The notes below the pieces were generated by a model. It was given only the letters and a program-made list of their open reading frames with translations. It ran no database searches and was not told the origin of the DNA. The position numbers and the translations under genes were made by a program. Shown in pieces: positions 1 through 12,404 of a DNA stretch of 64,000 nt. This DNA is from Octopus vulgaris. Taxonomy: Eukaryota. Each line of letters starts with the position of its first letter. Within the stretch, counting starts at the first letter, position 1. The stretch spans positions 69,750,001 to 69,814,000 of the forward strand of contig OX597821.1 in the NCBI GenBank assembly GCA_951406725.2, written 5' to 3'.

Positions 1-43
1 TAATGATGATGATGATGATGATGATGATGATGCTGATGATGAT

Positions 44-205
44 ATGGGTACAGCTCGCATTCTAAGGAGAGTATTGTCTCTTTGAGTCTCAGGAAAAGGC
101 ACTACTTGAAATCTTTGGTGGGTTATTATTGCTTGCTTTCAAGTAGAGAATAGCCGGTAATTAAGAACTATCTGAGAATCTTTTAGAATAACAATAATAA
201 TAATA
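44..205 (+). mobile_element. 3' tip of an RLE-type (R4/Dong-like) LINE followed by an (AAT)n tail
   Basis: Translates as MGTARILRRVLSL*, the C-terminal motif also seen in other copies here (LLGTTRILR at ~5530, LLGTAHILRK at ~58640). A short UTR and AAT repeats follow. Confidence 0.7.
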
Positions 206-3200
206 TAAAGACTAATGGACTCTTACGAGACAACGGCCGCTAAAATAGCATATACCTAAGAGGCAGAAGCAATCATAGCACTTGAACATCCCTGCTAGGA
301 AATGGAAACTCAATAGATTAAACCAGGATTACAGGAATCCTTTATCCTAGGGTGGAGATCCTGTCAGTGATGGCATCACGGGAAAAATACGGGTGGTTGT
401 GCAATTCACTAACCCTCATGATGAGTGGTGAAATGTCAAATTAAGGTTGAAATGAGAACGGCGTGAATGAGGCTGGAACAGCTTGTGAAGGTCTCTCGCC
501 CGGCGGGTGCCCCACGGGTGAGCAACATGGGCCCAGTCGTCATCAAATGACTGTTAAAAGAAGGTGGACGAAACAAATGAATGTGGCTGTAATGGAGCGC
601 AACTTTCTGGGTGATCCGAAAAATGGTAATGAAGTAGCTTCTAGGGGATATAGGAAATGAATGCACAGGTCGGGGAGCGACAAAGGCCTATTTGAATGAC
701 CAAGCTAGAGTCATCAGAAAGAATGAATGGTTATTTCCAGTTGAACTAGAAAAGATTAAAAGAAGGATGCTGATGGATAGTAAGACCAGCCGTGAACGAA
801 AGGATGAGGAAGAGAATACAGATAGGGAAACTATGGTAGTAGAGTTAAAGGGAGAAAACGAGCATGAGGCTGAGATTATTGATCAGGAAATCGATGAGAA
901 AACCGAGGAACAGATATCCATTTTATATGAAACCATTGATATTTGGACCTCTGGTAAACAGAGCTTTCATACGGGGTTTTAAAAAGTAAACAGAAAAACC
1001 TCAATGAATGAGTAAGGAAGATTAATGATATCACTGGTGTTATCAGGACAGACAACATCATAGACATCAAGAATCTAATAAATGCAATCTCGATATTTAT
1101 AGCCCGGAAGTTAGGTTTGAAAGTCAAAGGTAAATGTCAACATGGTGGAAAATTAGAATAACGCAGTCTGTTAACGAGACCAGAAAACATTAATATTCTG
1201 GAACGGAAAAAAGAAATGAAGTTCAGTGAGGGAAATATGTTGAGCTAGAAAGGGAGCATAGGGCGAAGAGAAATGTTGTGATTGAGGAATTAAAACAGAG
1301 GTTGAAAACTAAAGCACATAAGCGAAAGAAATATGAACAGAGAATTGAGCAGTATTGATTAAACAGACTTTTCGAATAAAACCAGAAACGAGTCTATCAA
1401 GAATTTGATGGGAAAGAAAAAGGTGAAAAAGCCGTCCCGGTTGCTGAAGAAAGTAAAAGATTCTGGTCAAGCATATAGTCTCAGGAGAAACAACACGAAA
1501 CTGAAGCAGAGTGGTTAAAGACACTCAAAGAGGAGAGTGGAGAGTATCAGCAGGAGGTTTTGAGAATAACCAAGGAGATGATTAGTGATCAGTGCAGGAA
1601 AATTCCTAATTGGAAAGCGCCTGATCCAGGTGGGGCTCGGGGCTTTTGGCTTAAAAACTCAGCACAAGAGAATTGCAAGATAGATGGACGAAATACTGAG
1701 TAGTGACATTCAAGTACCGGCCTGAAGGGCAAGAACGGCACTATGCCAAAAGGACCCAAATAAAGGGAATGTGGTTGGAAATTTCCGACCAATATCTTGT
1801 TTGCCACTGATGTGGAAACTGATGACGGGCATCATATCAAACAGTATTTGTAAGTACCTAGATGAGAACAACCAGTCGAATAAAAAGGGTGTAGACATAA
1901 GAGCAGAGGAACGAAGGATCAATTACTAATCGACAAGACTATCCTGGCTGACTGCAAAAGACATAAATATTTGGCGATGGCATGGATGGACTGCAAGAAA
2001 GCATATGACATGGTCCCACACGCGTAGATTATTGAAAGCCTTAAAATACTTAAGGTCTCCCAAAATATCCTGAAGTTAATACAAAACTCAATGACAATGT
2101 GGCGAACTCAACTCACAGCATGGGGAGATAAGCTGGGAGAAGTACATATCAAAAGAGAAATCTTTTAAGGGGACACTCTGTCGCCTTTTCTGTTTGTTGT
2201 CTGCATATTGGCACTAACGAGCGTCTTAAGATGCATGTGAGGGACATGCTAGGAAGGGTGAAAGTAAACAACCTGTGGTTTATGGATGACCTAAAGCTAT
2301 TCGCCAAGACTGAGAAAGAAACTGAGAGTTTGACGGTAACTGTGCAGATGATTAGCTAAGATATTGGCATGGAATTTGGGATCGAGAAATGTGGTGTAAT
2401 GATTCTCAAAAGGGGAAAAATCAGTAAAAGCCATGGGATCAAGTGGTGAAACCATAAAGGAAGTCAGAGAGGAAGAAAATAAATACCTGGGTATCATTGA
2501 AAGAGATAAGATGAATGAACACCATATGAAATAAATGTACAGGAAAGAGTATTTGAGGAGAACTCGGCTTGTGCTCTAATCGAAGCTAAATGGCCACTGT
2601 AAGATTAGAGCAATTAACAGGTGGGCGGTTGTTTTGATGAGATATGGGACAGGAATTGTATCGTGGAAGAAGCATGAATTACAAGAGATAGACCGGAGAA
2701 CACGTAAATAAATGACAATGAACAAGGAATTACACTCCAAGAGTGATGTGTGAAGATTGTATGTAAAGAGGAAAGAAGGAGGAAGGACATTGGTGTGTTG
2801 TGAAGGTTGTGTAAGGGAACTGACTTGGTATGTCAAGGGGAGTAAAGAAGAAACGATTGAAGTAGTGAAAATGCAGGAAACTTTAAAAGTGAACGAAGCT
2901 GTAGATCCAACACAATTTAAGAAAGACCAGAGAGAGAGCAGATGAAGAAAATTTGGCGGGAGAGGAAAATGCGCAATTTGTTCTTGAAGAATAAAGATGA
3001 AATTGAATGGAATAGAACTCCGAAATGGCTACAGAAAGGAGATTTAAAAGAGCCCACCGAGGCATTAGTGTGTAGCTCTCAAGAACAAGCTCTCAGAACA
3101 AACTATTTCAAATATCACATTGATAAAAGCACTGACTCACCTCAGGGTAGAATGTGCTCTGAGAAGGGAGAAAGTATAAGTCATATTGCTAGTGAGTGCT

Positions 3201-3445
3201 GTAAGCTCACACAACGCGAATACAAAAGGAGACACGACAATGTGGCCAGATATGTCCACTGGCTGTTGTGCGGTAAAGCAAACCTCGAGAGAACCGAACA
3301 ATGGTATGAATACAAGCCAGAGGGAATAATGGAAAACGAATATTACAAAATACTCTGGGATTTTAATATTCAGTGCGACCAAGTCATAGAGGCGAGAGGA
3401 CCAGATATCGTGTTCATCCATAAAGATGAAAAAGAAGTAAAGCCT
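206..3445 (+). mobile_element. Near full-length, decayed RLE-type non-LTR retrotransposon (R4/Dong-like), 3'-truncated
   Basis: N-terminal RRWTKQMN..GYRK; RT motifs WKAP (~1611), NFRPISCLP (~1780), KKAYDMVPH (~1995), GDTLSP (~2170), FMDDLK (~2280); QEQALRTN, zinc-finger remnant RMC..ESISHIASEC, RHDNV and KILWDFNIQCD..PDIV (ORF 2942-3517). Many stops and frameshifts. Confidence 0.9.
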
Positions 3446-3489
3446 GAAGCAAACTCCTTCTTATCTCCAGCAAGAGGCTATCCACTTCC

Positions 3490-5638
3490 CAAAAGACAGT
3501 ATCAGAAATATGAGTAAAAAGATGAACAATTGGAAAGCAGCAGGACCTGATGGTGTTCAGGGATAAAAAGTTCAGTAGTTGAAGGATGCATCAAAGGGAA
3601 ATGCTGCTGACAATTACAGACCAATTTCCTGCCTCCCATTAATGCGGAAGTTACCGTCAGGAGGAATTGCAGAAGAATTGCATAACTGTCTTGATGAGAA
3701 CGATATATTACTGATGGAACAAAATGGCTTTAGAAGGAAATGCAGAGGCACCAAAGATCAAATATTGATAGACAAAATGGTAATGCAAAATTGTAAAAGA
3801 AGAAGAACAAATTTAGGAATGGCCTGGATTGACTATCGCAAAGCTTCCAATATTATTCCACATTCGTGGATTATCGAGTGCTTAGATCTGTTTGGAATTG
3901 CGAGGACTGTAAGGTTTACTCTAAAGAGAATTATTCTGAGATGGAAAACTGAACTGACATCTTATGGAAAAAAGCTTGGGCACCCTGGGTATCAGAAGAG
4001 GGATTTTCAAGGGTGATAGCCTATCTCCGTTGCTTTTCGTTCTCTGTATGATACCCCTGACCTTGGTACTTAGGAAAATGAATCTGGGGGACCAACTAAA
4101 GGGAAAATCCCAAACAATCAACCACCCCCTCTTCATGGATGAGATGAAACTGTATGGCAAAGAGACAAAAGTGAGTTCCTTGGTGAATATGGTCCATTGT
4201 TTTACTACTGATTTTAGAAGGGAATTTGGACTCAAGAAGTGCCGAATAATCTATCAAAAAGAGGCAAGATACAGTTCCTAGCAGGGATAGCATTACCGAA
4301 TAAAGGTTTGATTAAACAAATTGAAACGGCGGGATACAAATACCTTGGTGTACTGGATTTCAATGATATGACGGAAAAGGAAATGAAAGAGCAACTCAGG
4401 ATGAAGGATTTCCGACACTGAGGTTGGTGCTGCGCTCAAAATTGACTGGATGGAATAAAATCCAAGCAGTTAATACGTGAGTGATAGCATCATTTCGGTA
4501 TGGAACGGGAATTGTAAAATGGCAGAAGAGAGAAGTGAAGAAAATGGATTCCAAGACCAAAAAAATGTTGACAGTACACAGAATCTTCAACCCTAAGAGT
4601 GACACCGATAGACTGTACTTGTTCAGAAGAAAGGATGGGAGAGGTTTGGTCAGTTGCCAGGACTGTAATGAAACAGAGGAATACAGCTTATGGTGGTATA
4701 TAAAAAATGCTGTGGAGTCACTGTTGAAACATACGATGAAGGCCAGAGTCATCAAAACTGAAAATTGTGTGACTAAAGAAAAATTTAAACAAGAAATGAA
4801 CAAAAAAAAAAAAAAAGAAACAGCACGAAAGGAAAAGGAAATGTACGGTCGGTTTGCAAGAGATGTGAACAGATACAGAGGACCGGTGGCTATGGATGAA
4901 GAGGAGTGAGCTGAATATAGAAGCGGAAGAACTCATGTGCGCAGCTAAGGAACAAGCGTTAAGGACCAATTATATGAAGTGCAGAATAGACAACACTACC
5001 GATGGCGACAAATGTGTGGTGAGAGGGGCGAAACGGTATGGCACATCATTAGCGAATCCCCGAAAGTGGCACAACGCGAATACAAACGACGCCATGACAA
5101 TATGGCAGGAATGATCCATTGGGAGCTGTGTGGAAATCCCGGCCTACAAAGAGCAAAGACGTGGTATGAGAAAACTCAAGAAGGAGTCACCGAAAATGAG
5201 AATTCCAAAATCCTGTGGGATGCAATGATCCATTGCGATCACTTGACCAGACATCGGAAACCGGACATTGTTGTGGGGAATAAAAAATAAAGAACATGTA
5301 TGGTAATTGATATAGCATGCCCCGGTGACAACATGATCAATGTGAAAGAAGAAAAATAAACAACTATGATGATTTAAAGTTGGGAAATAGGAATGTTGTG
5401 GTCAATGAAGAGAGTCGACGTGATACCAATAGTAATTGGTGCACTTGGAAGTATCAGCATTCAACTACCAATATGGCTGAAAAAGATTGGTGCATGTGTG
5501 AAGGAAGAACACCTGCAAAAGTCAGCATTGCTTGGAACTACAAGAATTCTTCGCAGTAAAACAAGTGTCACCTTAGTCTGCTGGCTGTGGACAGCTGACA
5601 CTTTCCATCATACCCAGCAAAATAAACTGTGAGTATTC

Positions 5639-5640
<2 letters not shown>
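3490..5640 (+). mobile_element. Second, 5'-truncated R4/Dong-like LINE (RT through RLE and 3' UTR) ending in (TAA)n
   Basis: [82 protein letters not shown]. The (TAA)n tail starts at 5641. Confidence 0.9.
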
Positions 5641-5699
<59 letters not shown>

Positions 5700-5810
5700 G
5701 AGGAGGAGGGGGATGATGATGATGATGAGGAGGATGCTGATGACGATGATAATGATGATAATGATGATGATGTGATCATAATAATAATAATAATAATAAT
5801 AATGATAACG
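5641..5810. repeat. (TAA)n/(GAT)n microsatellite
   Basis: Directly visible; it is the tail/target of the flanking LINEs. Confidence 0.95.
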
Positions 5811-5821
5811 ATAAAGAACGA

Positions 5822-5923
5822 ATAGCATGGTGCTGTAGGCTTCAGGTAGTAGGCCCGCTACGCATGCAAAGCTCCAGGAGCTCCAACAAAACCCGAGATA
5901 AAGAGATAATAATGATAATAATG

Positions 5924-5960
<37 letters not shown>
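5822..5960 (+). mobile_element. Isolated R4-like LINE 3' UTR plus (TAA)n
   Basis: Matches the 3' UTR at ~32040-32127 (gtaggct.caggtag..gccc...gagctccaacaaaacc.g.gataaagagat). Confidence 0.7.
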
Positions 5961-5962
<2 letters not shown>

Positions 5963-6547
5963 TCCTGTGGAAAACCTAACATATACAAAATCCATAAAAT
6001 AGCACGAAAGAGTACATCTCCCGCTCTGCATAAATTCTTGTCCTTCGCAACTTTTTTTCCGTTCAAGAATTCAAGAAAGCCGGAAGCTGTGTTGTCGCTT
6101 GGCAGGTATTTGTCATCTCGCCGATATAAAAAAAAAACCCCAAAAAAGAACAAAAGTAATTACACTTGCACTATTTCTCAAATATAACAAAACTAATTAT
6201 TTTCGTATAAAGTACTTTAGCAGAGGTTTCAAGAACAAAAAAAATTAGTTAAAAATTTCCTATCCACAACGTTAGTATAATGAAACGTAAGGAATAATAA
6301 GTCGAAGGTCGACAATCGTATGCTATTACAATATATACAGTGATTCTTGTGGATCGCAATACAGTCTCACTTTATTCTCACGGATATTATTTTAGCCAAT
6401 TACAGACTGCAAACATAATTACATACACATATAGAAACACACATATTTACACACACATGCATATATACATGCATACATACGTACATACATATATACATAC
6501 ATACATATATACACACATATATATATATATACATACATACATACATC

Positions 6548-6617
<70 letters not shown>

Positions 6618-6939
6618 CGGATAATTTTTTGGTAGTTTATTTTGTATTTTTGTCTTTTCCCCTGGTGCTGTATGAACATTTAATGCGGTTTTAGAGTCAA
6701 GCTTTGGCTGCTATTTCCAGCGTGCTGGTATCTCTTAGATACCCTAAATTATAATTTTAAGATATATATATATATATTACTCAAAGGAATTGCAACTCTG
6801 TTATATTTATATTCTTATAATATTAATATAGGATATGGAATATAGAATATATAGTAAGAAAGAAATGAAATGAAGTATTGATTGCCTTATTGAACAAATG
6901 AAATATTGAAAATTTAAATATTATATGACTATTTTCATT

Positions 6940-6980
6940 GAACTAGTATACTTTCTTGCATTTAAGCAGTCATCAGGTTC
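6940..6980 (-). ncRNA. Inverted copy of the same hammerhead motif
   Basis: Exact reverse complement of 7031-7071. Confidence 0.75.
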
Positions 6981-7030
6981 CGATTGTGACAGGAACGCGA
7001 AAGACTGTCGAAGGGTTCCTGTCACAATCG

Positions 7031-7071
7031 GAACCTGATGACTGCTTAAATGCAAGAAAGTATACTAGTTC
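7031..7071 (+). ncRNA. Minimal type I hammerhead ribozyme motif
   Basis: GAAC-CTGATGA(7035-7041)-cTGC ttaaat GCAa-GAAA(7056-7059)-GTATACT-A-GTTC. Stem I GAAC/GTTC; palindromic stem III AGTATACT; predicted cleavage after CUA (7067). Confidence 0.75.
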
Positions 7072-7263
7072 AATGAGAATAGACATTTTATATTTAAATT
7101 TTCAATATTTCATTTGTTCAATAAGGCAATCAATACTTCATTTCATTTATTTCTTACTGTATATTCTATAGTCCATATCCTATATTAATATTATAAAAAT
7201 ATAAATATAACATAAAAAACAGACAGGGTTACAATCCCTTTGAGTAATACACACACACACACA

Positions 7264-7356
<93 letters not shown>

Positions 7357-7759
7357 GTAAGTAATAATTTAAATCTATAGTGTGTCGTTTTGAAGTATGC
7401 CGTTGAAAGCCCGTCCGCAGTATTCGGCTAGCTGATGTCATCAACAGTATGGATTTAAATGCCACTGGATTTACTTCAGGAATTCCTTCGTGTCCGTATA
7501 GTTCCCAATACACGAGAGAAAGAAAAAGAAAATGGAATTCATGAGATTCTTGATTAATCACTGCAGTTGTTTCGGTTACATCTCTCTCTCTCTCTCTCTC
7601 TCTCTGTCGATACACACATACATACATATATATTCATACACAAACGCATATATGTGTGTGAATGTGTGTATATATATCTGTAACTATCTATATATGTATG
7701 TATTTATAATTGTATGTGTGTGTGTGCGTATGCGCGCGCGCGCGTGTGTGTGTGTGTCT

Positions 7760-8533
7760 ATTCTGTGGTTGTCTGCCTACCACCGCTTGACAACCGATGT
7801 TGGTGGATTTACTTCCCCGCAACTTAGCGGTTCACCCTACAACATTGATAGAATAAGTTCTAGACGTACAAAGAATAAGTCCTAGGGTCGATTTCTTCGA
7901 CTGAAAAACCTTTAAGACGGTGTTTCAAATGACAGAAACAAATAAAAAAGCGGAGTGGCTATATAGGTGCAGGCGTGGCTGTGCGGTAAGAAGATTGCTT
8001 CCCAACCACATGGTTCCGGGTTCAGTCCCACTGCGTGGTACCTTCGGCAAGTGTCTTCTACTATAAGCTCGGGCCGACCAAAGCCTTGTGAGTGGATTTG
8101 GTTGATGGAAACTGAAAGAAGCCCGTCATATATTCATACATATATATATGTATTTGTGTGTCTGTTTGTCCCCCCACCATCGCTTGACAACCATGTTGGC
8201 TTGTTTACTTCCCTGTAACTTAACAGTTCAACAAAAGAGACCGATAGAATAAGTACTAGGCTTACAAAGAATAAGTCCTTGGGTTGATTTCTTCGACTAA
8301 AGGCGGTGCCCCAGCATGGCCGCAGTCAAATGACTGAAACAAATAAAAAAGTAAAAGAATACACACACACAGACGCAGGAGAGGCTGTGTGATAAGTAGC
8401 TTGCTTACCAACCGTATGGTTCCGGGTTCAGTCCCACTGCGTGGTACCTTCGGCAAGTGTCTTCTACTATAAGCTCGGGCCGACCAATGCCTTGTGAGTG
8501 GATTTGGTAGACGGAAACTGAAAGAAGCTCGTC

Positions 8534-8606
<73 letters not shown>

Positions 8607-8803
8607 TGTTTGTACCCCCAGCATCGCTTGACAACCGATGCTGGTGTGTTTACGTCCCCGTAATATAGCGGTTCGGCAAAAGAGACCGATAGAATAAGTA
8701 CTAGGCTTACAAAGAATAAGTCCTAGGCTCGATTTGCCCGACTAAAGGTGGTGCTCCAGCATGGCCGCAGTCAAATGACTGAAACAAGTAAAAGAGTAAA
8801 GAG
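7760..8803 (+). mobile_element. Three head-to-tail copies (first one partial) of tRNA-headed SINE family 1
   Basis: Heads (gcagg.g.ggctgtg.g.taag...ggttccgggttcagtccc; A/B-box-like) at ~7965 and ~8373; internal (TA)(TG) tract; shared tail ...cagcatggccgcagtcaaatgactgaaacaa.taaaa. Confidence 0.9.
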
Positions 8804-8828
8804 ACACCCCCTCACACACACACACATA

Positions 8829-9040
8829 TTGTATACTGTCAAATTAATGTGACAGTCCCATGAAGGGAATTATACTACTGCTATATAGCCCTAGGAAGCA
8901 GCAACGCTTCGTGTCAGCCTTGACACATTTCCTGTGTCTTTATGTTTGCAAGGGGGAGATAAGCACCTCCATTCAGCTAAGCCTGCATACGGAGACCAGT
9001 TTCTGAATATTTGCTCGTCATCAGTCTGAAGTAGTATGAC
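8829..9040 (-). mobile_element. Fragment of hammerhead-bearing retrozyme-like family B
   Basis: Aligns (reverse complement) to 12621-12817; lies next to (CA)n. Confidence 0.8.
8986..9032 (-). ncRNA. Minimal hammerhead ribozyme motif with weakened stems
   Basis: Minus strand: ttcaga-CTGATGA-cgagcaaatattca-GAAAC-tg-GTC-tccgta. Confidence 0.65.
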
Positions 9041-9358
9041 CTTTTTCTTTATTATAGGCACGAGGCCTTAACATAGAGCCGACACAAGACGAACGGGAAC
9101 ATAAAACAAATGATGTCTGGTTGATAGAATGATTAACAATAATGAAAATGAGACAGTTCGACTCACGTCCGCTGCGAGATGAACAGTGAGTACCTTTACA
9201 ATTAACTTTAGAAGTAAACTTTACAAGTAAACTTTACAAATACACTTAAAACCACCTCTAGTTTCGCTACAATGCGAAACCGTGACCTTTCCTTTCGTTT
9301 CCTGTTTATATAATAAACGTTCATATGTGTCCTATTTTGTTTTACAACAGAAAATTAA

Positions 9359-10159
9359 TAGGATTTTTTTTCCTTTTGAACGGCAGATGTCAACACAATT
9401 TCTAGTTAACTAAACACTTTTAAACTTCGTATACTGGTAGAATGTGTTTATAAAACATCATTTTTTCTTGGCTTTATTGAGAAAATTCTATATCTTATAA
9501 AATATTTCCACTTTAAAATCGAGCATTTTGGCAATTTTAACCAATCGCTCACTTCCATTTGGGGTGAAAAGATTCCGTGCTGTATGAATATGCCCCTCGT
9601 TTAAGAAACAGATTGGGTTTATTTACATTTACGAAGAAAAAAAGATATCCTTCCCCCACCCCTAACCCTAACCCTAATCCTAAAATAGATTGTAATGCAA
9701 TAGATCGATACCAGGGCCATAATTAGGGGTGACATTTTCATTTGACACCACTAGAAAAAAATCCCATTTTCCGTAGCGGTGTCGTATGAAATTGTCACCC
9801 ATAATTACGGCCCTGGTATCGATCTATTGCATTTCAATCTATTTTAGGGTTAGGGTTAGGGGTGGGGGAAGGGTATCTTTCTTTCTTCGTAAATGTAAAT
9901 AAACCCAATCTGTTTCTTAAACGAGGGGCATATTCATACAGCACGGTATGTTTTGACTCCAAATGGACGTATTTGATTGGTTAAAATTGCCAAAATGCTC
10001 GATTTTATAGTGGAAATATGTTACAAACTATAGAATTTTCTCAATAAAACCAAGAAAAATGATGTTTTATAAACACATTCTACCAGTATACGAAGTTTAA
10101 AAGTGTTTAGTTAACTAGAAATTGTGTTGACATCTGCCGTCCAAAAAGAAAAGATCCAA
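9359..10159. mobile_element. ~800-bp palindromic MITE/fold-back DNA element with internal telomere-like repeats
   Basis: Arms of ~390 bp (ggat.tttt.cttttg.acggcagatgtcaacac... / ...gtgttgacatctgccgtccaaaaagaaaagatcc). CCCTAA x3 at 9660-9677 and TTAGGG x3 at 9844-9861. TTAA lies just outside both ends. Confidence 0.9.
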
Positions 10160-10315
10160 TTAATCAATAATAAATCTCTGAACGAGGTATAAACAGTAAC
10201 TGCACGACAATGTGAGGTATATTTGCCATCTCAATATAGCTAACCACTAAAGGTGGGTGTTACTGTAGCTTGTAGCCCCAGGAGAACATCTCCTCCAGCT
10301 GGCTATAACACTTTA
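10160..10315 (-). mobile_element. Diverged fragment related to the hammerhead element at 55893-56471
   Basis: Collinear with 56205-56355 (aaatctc.gaa.gag...aaacagtaa...gccatct...gctaaccac...ggtgttactgtagctt.tagcccca.gaga...agctggct). Confidence 0.7.
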
Positions 10316-10637
10316 AATACTTGTTTGTTCATCCCTTCATTTTGCATTATTTCTTCTTTTTGTTCTGGACTAGCAAGGCCTTAGTTCCTTTATAATTGGC
10401 ATGAAGCCTTTTTATAGAAATTACATTACAGCAACAAACAAAAAACAAATGTGAGGTACATAAAATGATTACGAATGAATTGTGATATGTGAAAATATGA
10501 TGATGAAATGGCTTTCTACCCCGCAAACAGAACGTACCATTTTACTGTTTTTACAATTAATGTGGTTTGTGTTCTATATGTATCATTTTTTAATACTAAA
10601 TGATTCAATAACTCTTCGTACGTTACCACAGGTGGTA

Positions 10638-10962
10638 GTGAGGGCGCGTGGCTTAGTGGTTAGGGCATTCGGCTCATGATCGTAAGGTTGTGAGTTCGAT
10701 TCCCGGCGACACGTTGTGTCCTTGAGCAAGACACTTTATTTCACGTTGCTCCAGTCCACTCAGCTGGCAAAAATGAGTTGTACTTGTATTTCAAAGGGTC
10801 AGCCTTGTCACTCTCTGTGTCACGCTGATTATCCCCGAGAACTACGTTAAGGGTACACGTGTCTGTGGAATGCTCAGCCATTTGCACGTTAATTTCACGA
10901 GCAAGCTGTTCCGTTGATCGTATCAGCGGGGACCCTCGTCGTCGTAACCGGCGGAGTCTTTT
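10638..10962 (+). mobile_element. Full-length tRNA-derived SINE (family 2) with a 15-bp TSD
   Basis: A box tggcttagtgg and B box gttcgattccc; T-rich tail; TTACCACAGGTGGTA duplicated at 10623-10637 and 10963-10977. Confidence 0.9.
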
Positions 10963-10977
10963 TTACCACAGGTGGTA

Positions 10978-12400
10978 ATTCATCGTATCGATCTCGTCTC
11001 TTTCTTATTACTACTCTGCTTCCGAATGCTTCTTTCAATCTCGTTGCTCTCTCGCTCTCTAGCAGTACTGCTTTCATAGTAGGTTCTTCCTTACTGTCAG
11101 CCAACTTGACTCTTATTATGTTTTTCATCTTTGTTATATCCACTTCTCTATCTCCACACTCTTTACATATACTAACAACCATTCGTTTATTGTTTCCTAA
11201 GTTTGGTTTTCTCTGTTGTGTTTCTTTATTCTCCGCCTCAGTAACTGGTATTTCCATTTCTTTCTGTTGTTCCTCTTCTTTTTCCTTCTGTTTCTCGCTT
11301 GCTTTACCAGTTGAAGGTTCTAGAGTTCTAATCTCTGTTGTTTCCTCGTTTCTTTTTTTTCTTTTCCTTTCTCCTCTGCCTTCCTTTTCTTTTTCGGTGG
11401 AGATTCACCATTTCCTTTTTTCTCTACCATTGTGGTCTCCGCTTCTCTCTCCGGCACCGTTTCCATTTCTATTTTCGTGTTTCTGGGGACACCTCGCTTT
11501 CATGTGTAACCCCATTCTACAATTGAAGAATATTAGTGGTCCACCCTCCACCACGACTCTCAGTCCGGTCCCATCGGGTAGTACAACTTCCTCTGTCACT
11601 TTGTGGAGGCCAGACAGGCCGATAAGGACCATCACCTCAAGGCCACATCACCCACCAACTGACGTTCGCTGTCCTGGACACTCTCAACACTTCCACCTTC
11701 TCTTCCGTGTTGCAGAGGACGGATGCCACAAGCCAGTCCTCATCAATTTCTGGTGGCTCTCTCCATATTCTTACTCTGCCTGCGTGTCTGCCACAGTAAG
11801 TAGGCAGGAGTGCCCATTGTGCCGTTTTCAAGGCCACGGTGGAGCACCTCTTTGCTTCGTCCTCATTAACGAAGCGCACCTCCACCGTGCCAAACTTTCT
11901 TCCTCTGTTATAAAAACTCGTCACCTCCATAACGTCTCTCAAGCACTTCTCCACCTCTTCCACAGCTGTTACTTAAATTATCCGCGTCGCCATGTTCAGC
12001 GTTCGACATGTTCTTACTTTCCGTTCGCAATTTTCTTCCACCTCCCTAGGGAGTGCTAGTCTCAAACATCCTCCCTCCCCCTCAATAGGTTGTTAAACTC
12101 TATATAATCTGCATCTCCAACCTCCAGCTCCCGCATCTGCTGCACCTCCACTGTCAGGTTCTTGCCTGCTACCGCCGCACAACCGCCCGTCCGTGCCTCC
12201 ATGTTTCCACTATTTACTGCTTCACCCACAAATGGCGAAGCCATACAACATTTTCAACATATATAAAAACAGAACATCAAACACAACATCCAACAATTCA
12301 ACAACGCAACAATTTCGCACATCAAAAAGAACAAAAACAACAACTCACACGGGAGCGAGATCAACACACAACCGACTCGCACTAACGCCCTCCTGCGATC
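10978..12400 (-). mobile_element. 5' end and decayed ORF1 (gag-like) of an L1/Tx1-type LINE
   Basis: Broken minus-strand ORFs 12062-12244, 11637-11963 (GRKFGTVEVRF, RRM-like), 11405-11635 (FNCRMGLHMKARCP, CCHC knuckle remnant) and a Lys/Glu-rich tail. Confidence 0.6.
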
Positions 12401-12404
12401 AACC

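Larger units (their letters stand above)
6775..7249. mobile_element. ~475-bp fold-back (inverted duplication) of a hammerhead-bearing non-coding element
   Basis: Arm 6775-6996 is the reverse complement of 7015-7249 with scattered mismatches and one indel; 18-nt spacer. Flanked by (TA)n and (CA)n. Confidence 0.9.

Noticed and set aside
206-440. Possible HDV-like ribozyme at the R4 LINE 5' end
   Set aside because: Only a short ctctta/taagag pairing was found; I could not fit the nested double pseudoknot by eye.
1815-1850. Other CTGATGA hits (here, and at ~33, ~5737, ~18473 and ~49131)
   Set aside because: They lie within LINE or mariner coding sequence or triplet repeats, without stem II, GAAA and stem I geometry.
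7760-8803. Tandem repeats resembling a CRISPR-like array
   Set aside because: Units are ~400-bp SINE copies, with no short repeat-spacer periodicity, in a eukaryotic context.
10641-10710. Possible tRNA gene (CAT in the anticodon-like position)
   Set aside because: Continues into a SINE body with tail and TSD, and the acceptor stem does not close; it is a SINE head.
10914-12059. 381-aa plus-strand hydrophobic ORF
   Set aside because: Antisense shadow of the purine-rich LINE ORF1 remnant on the minus strand.
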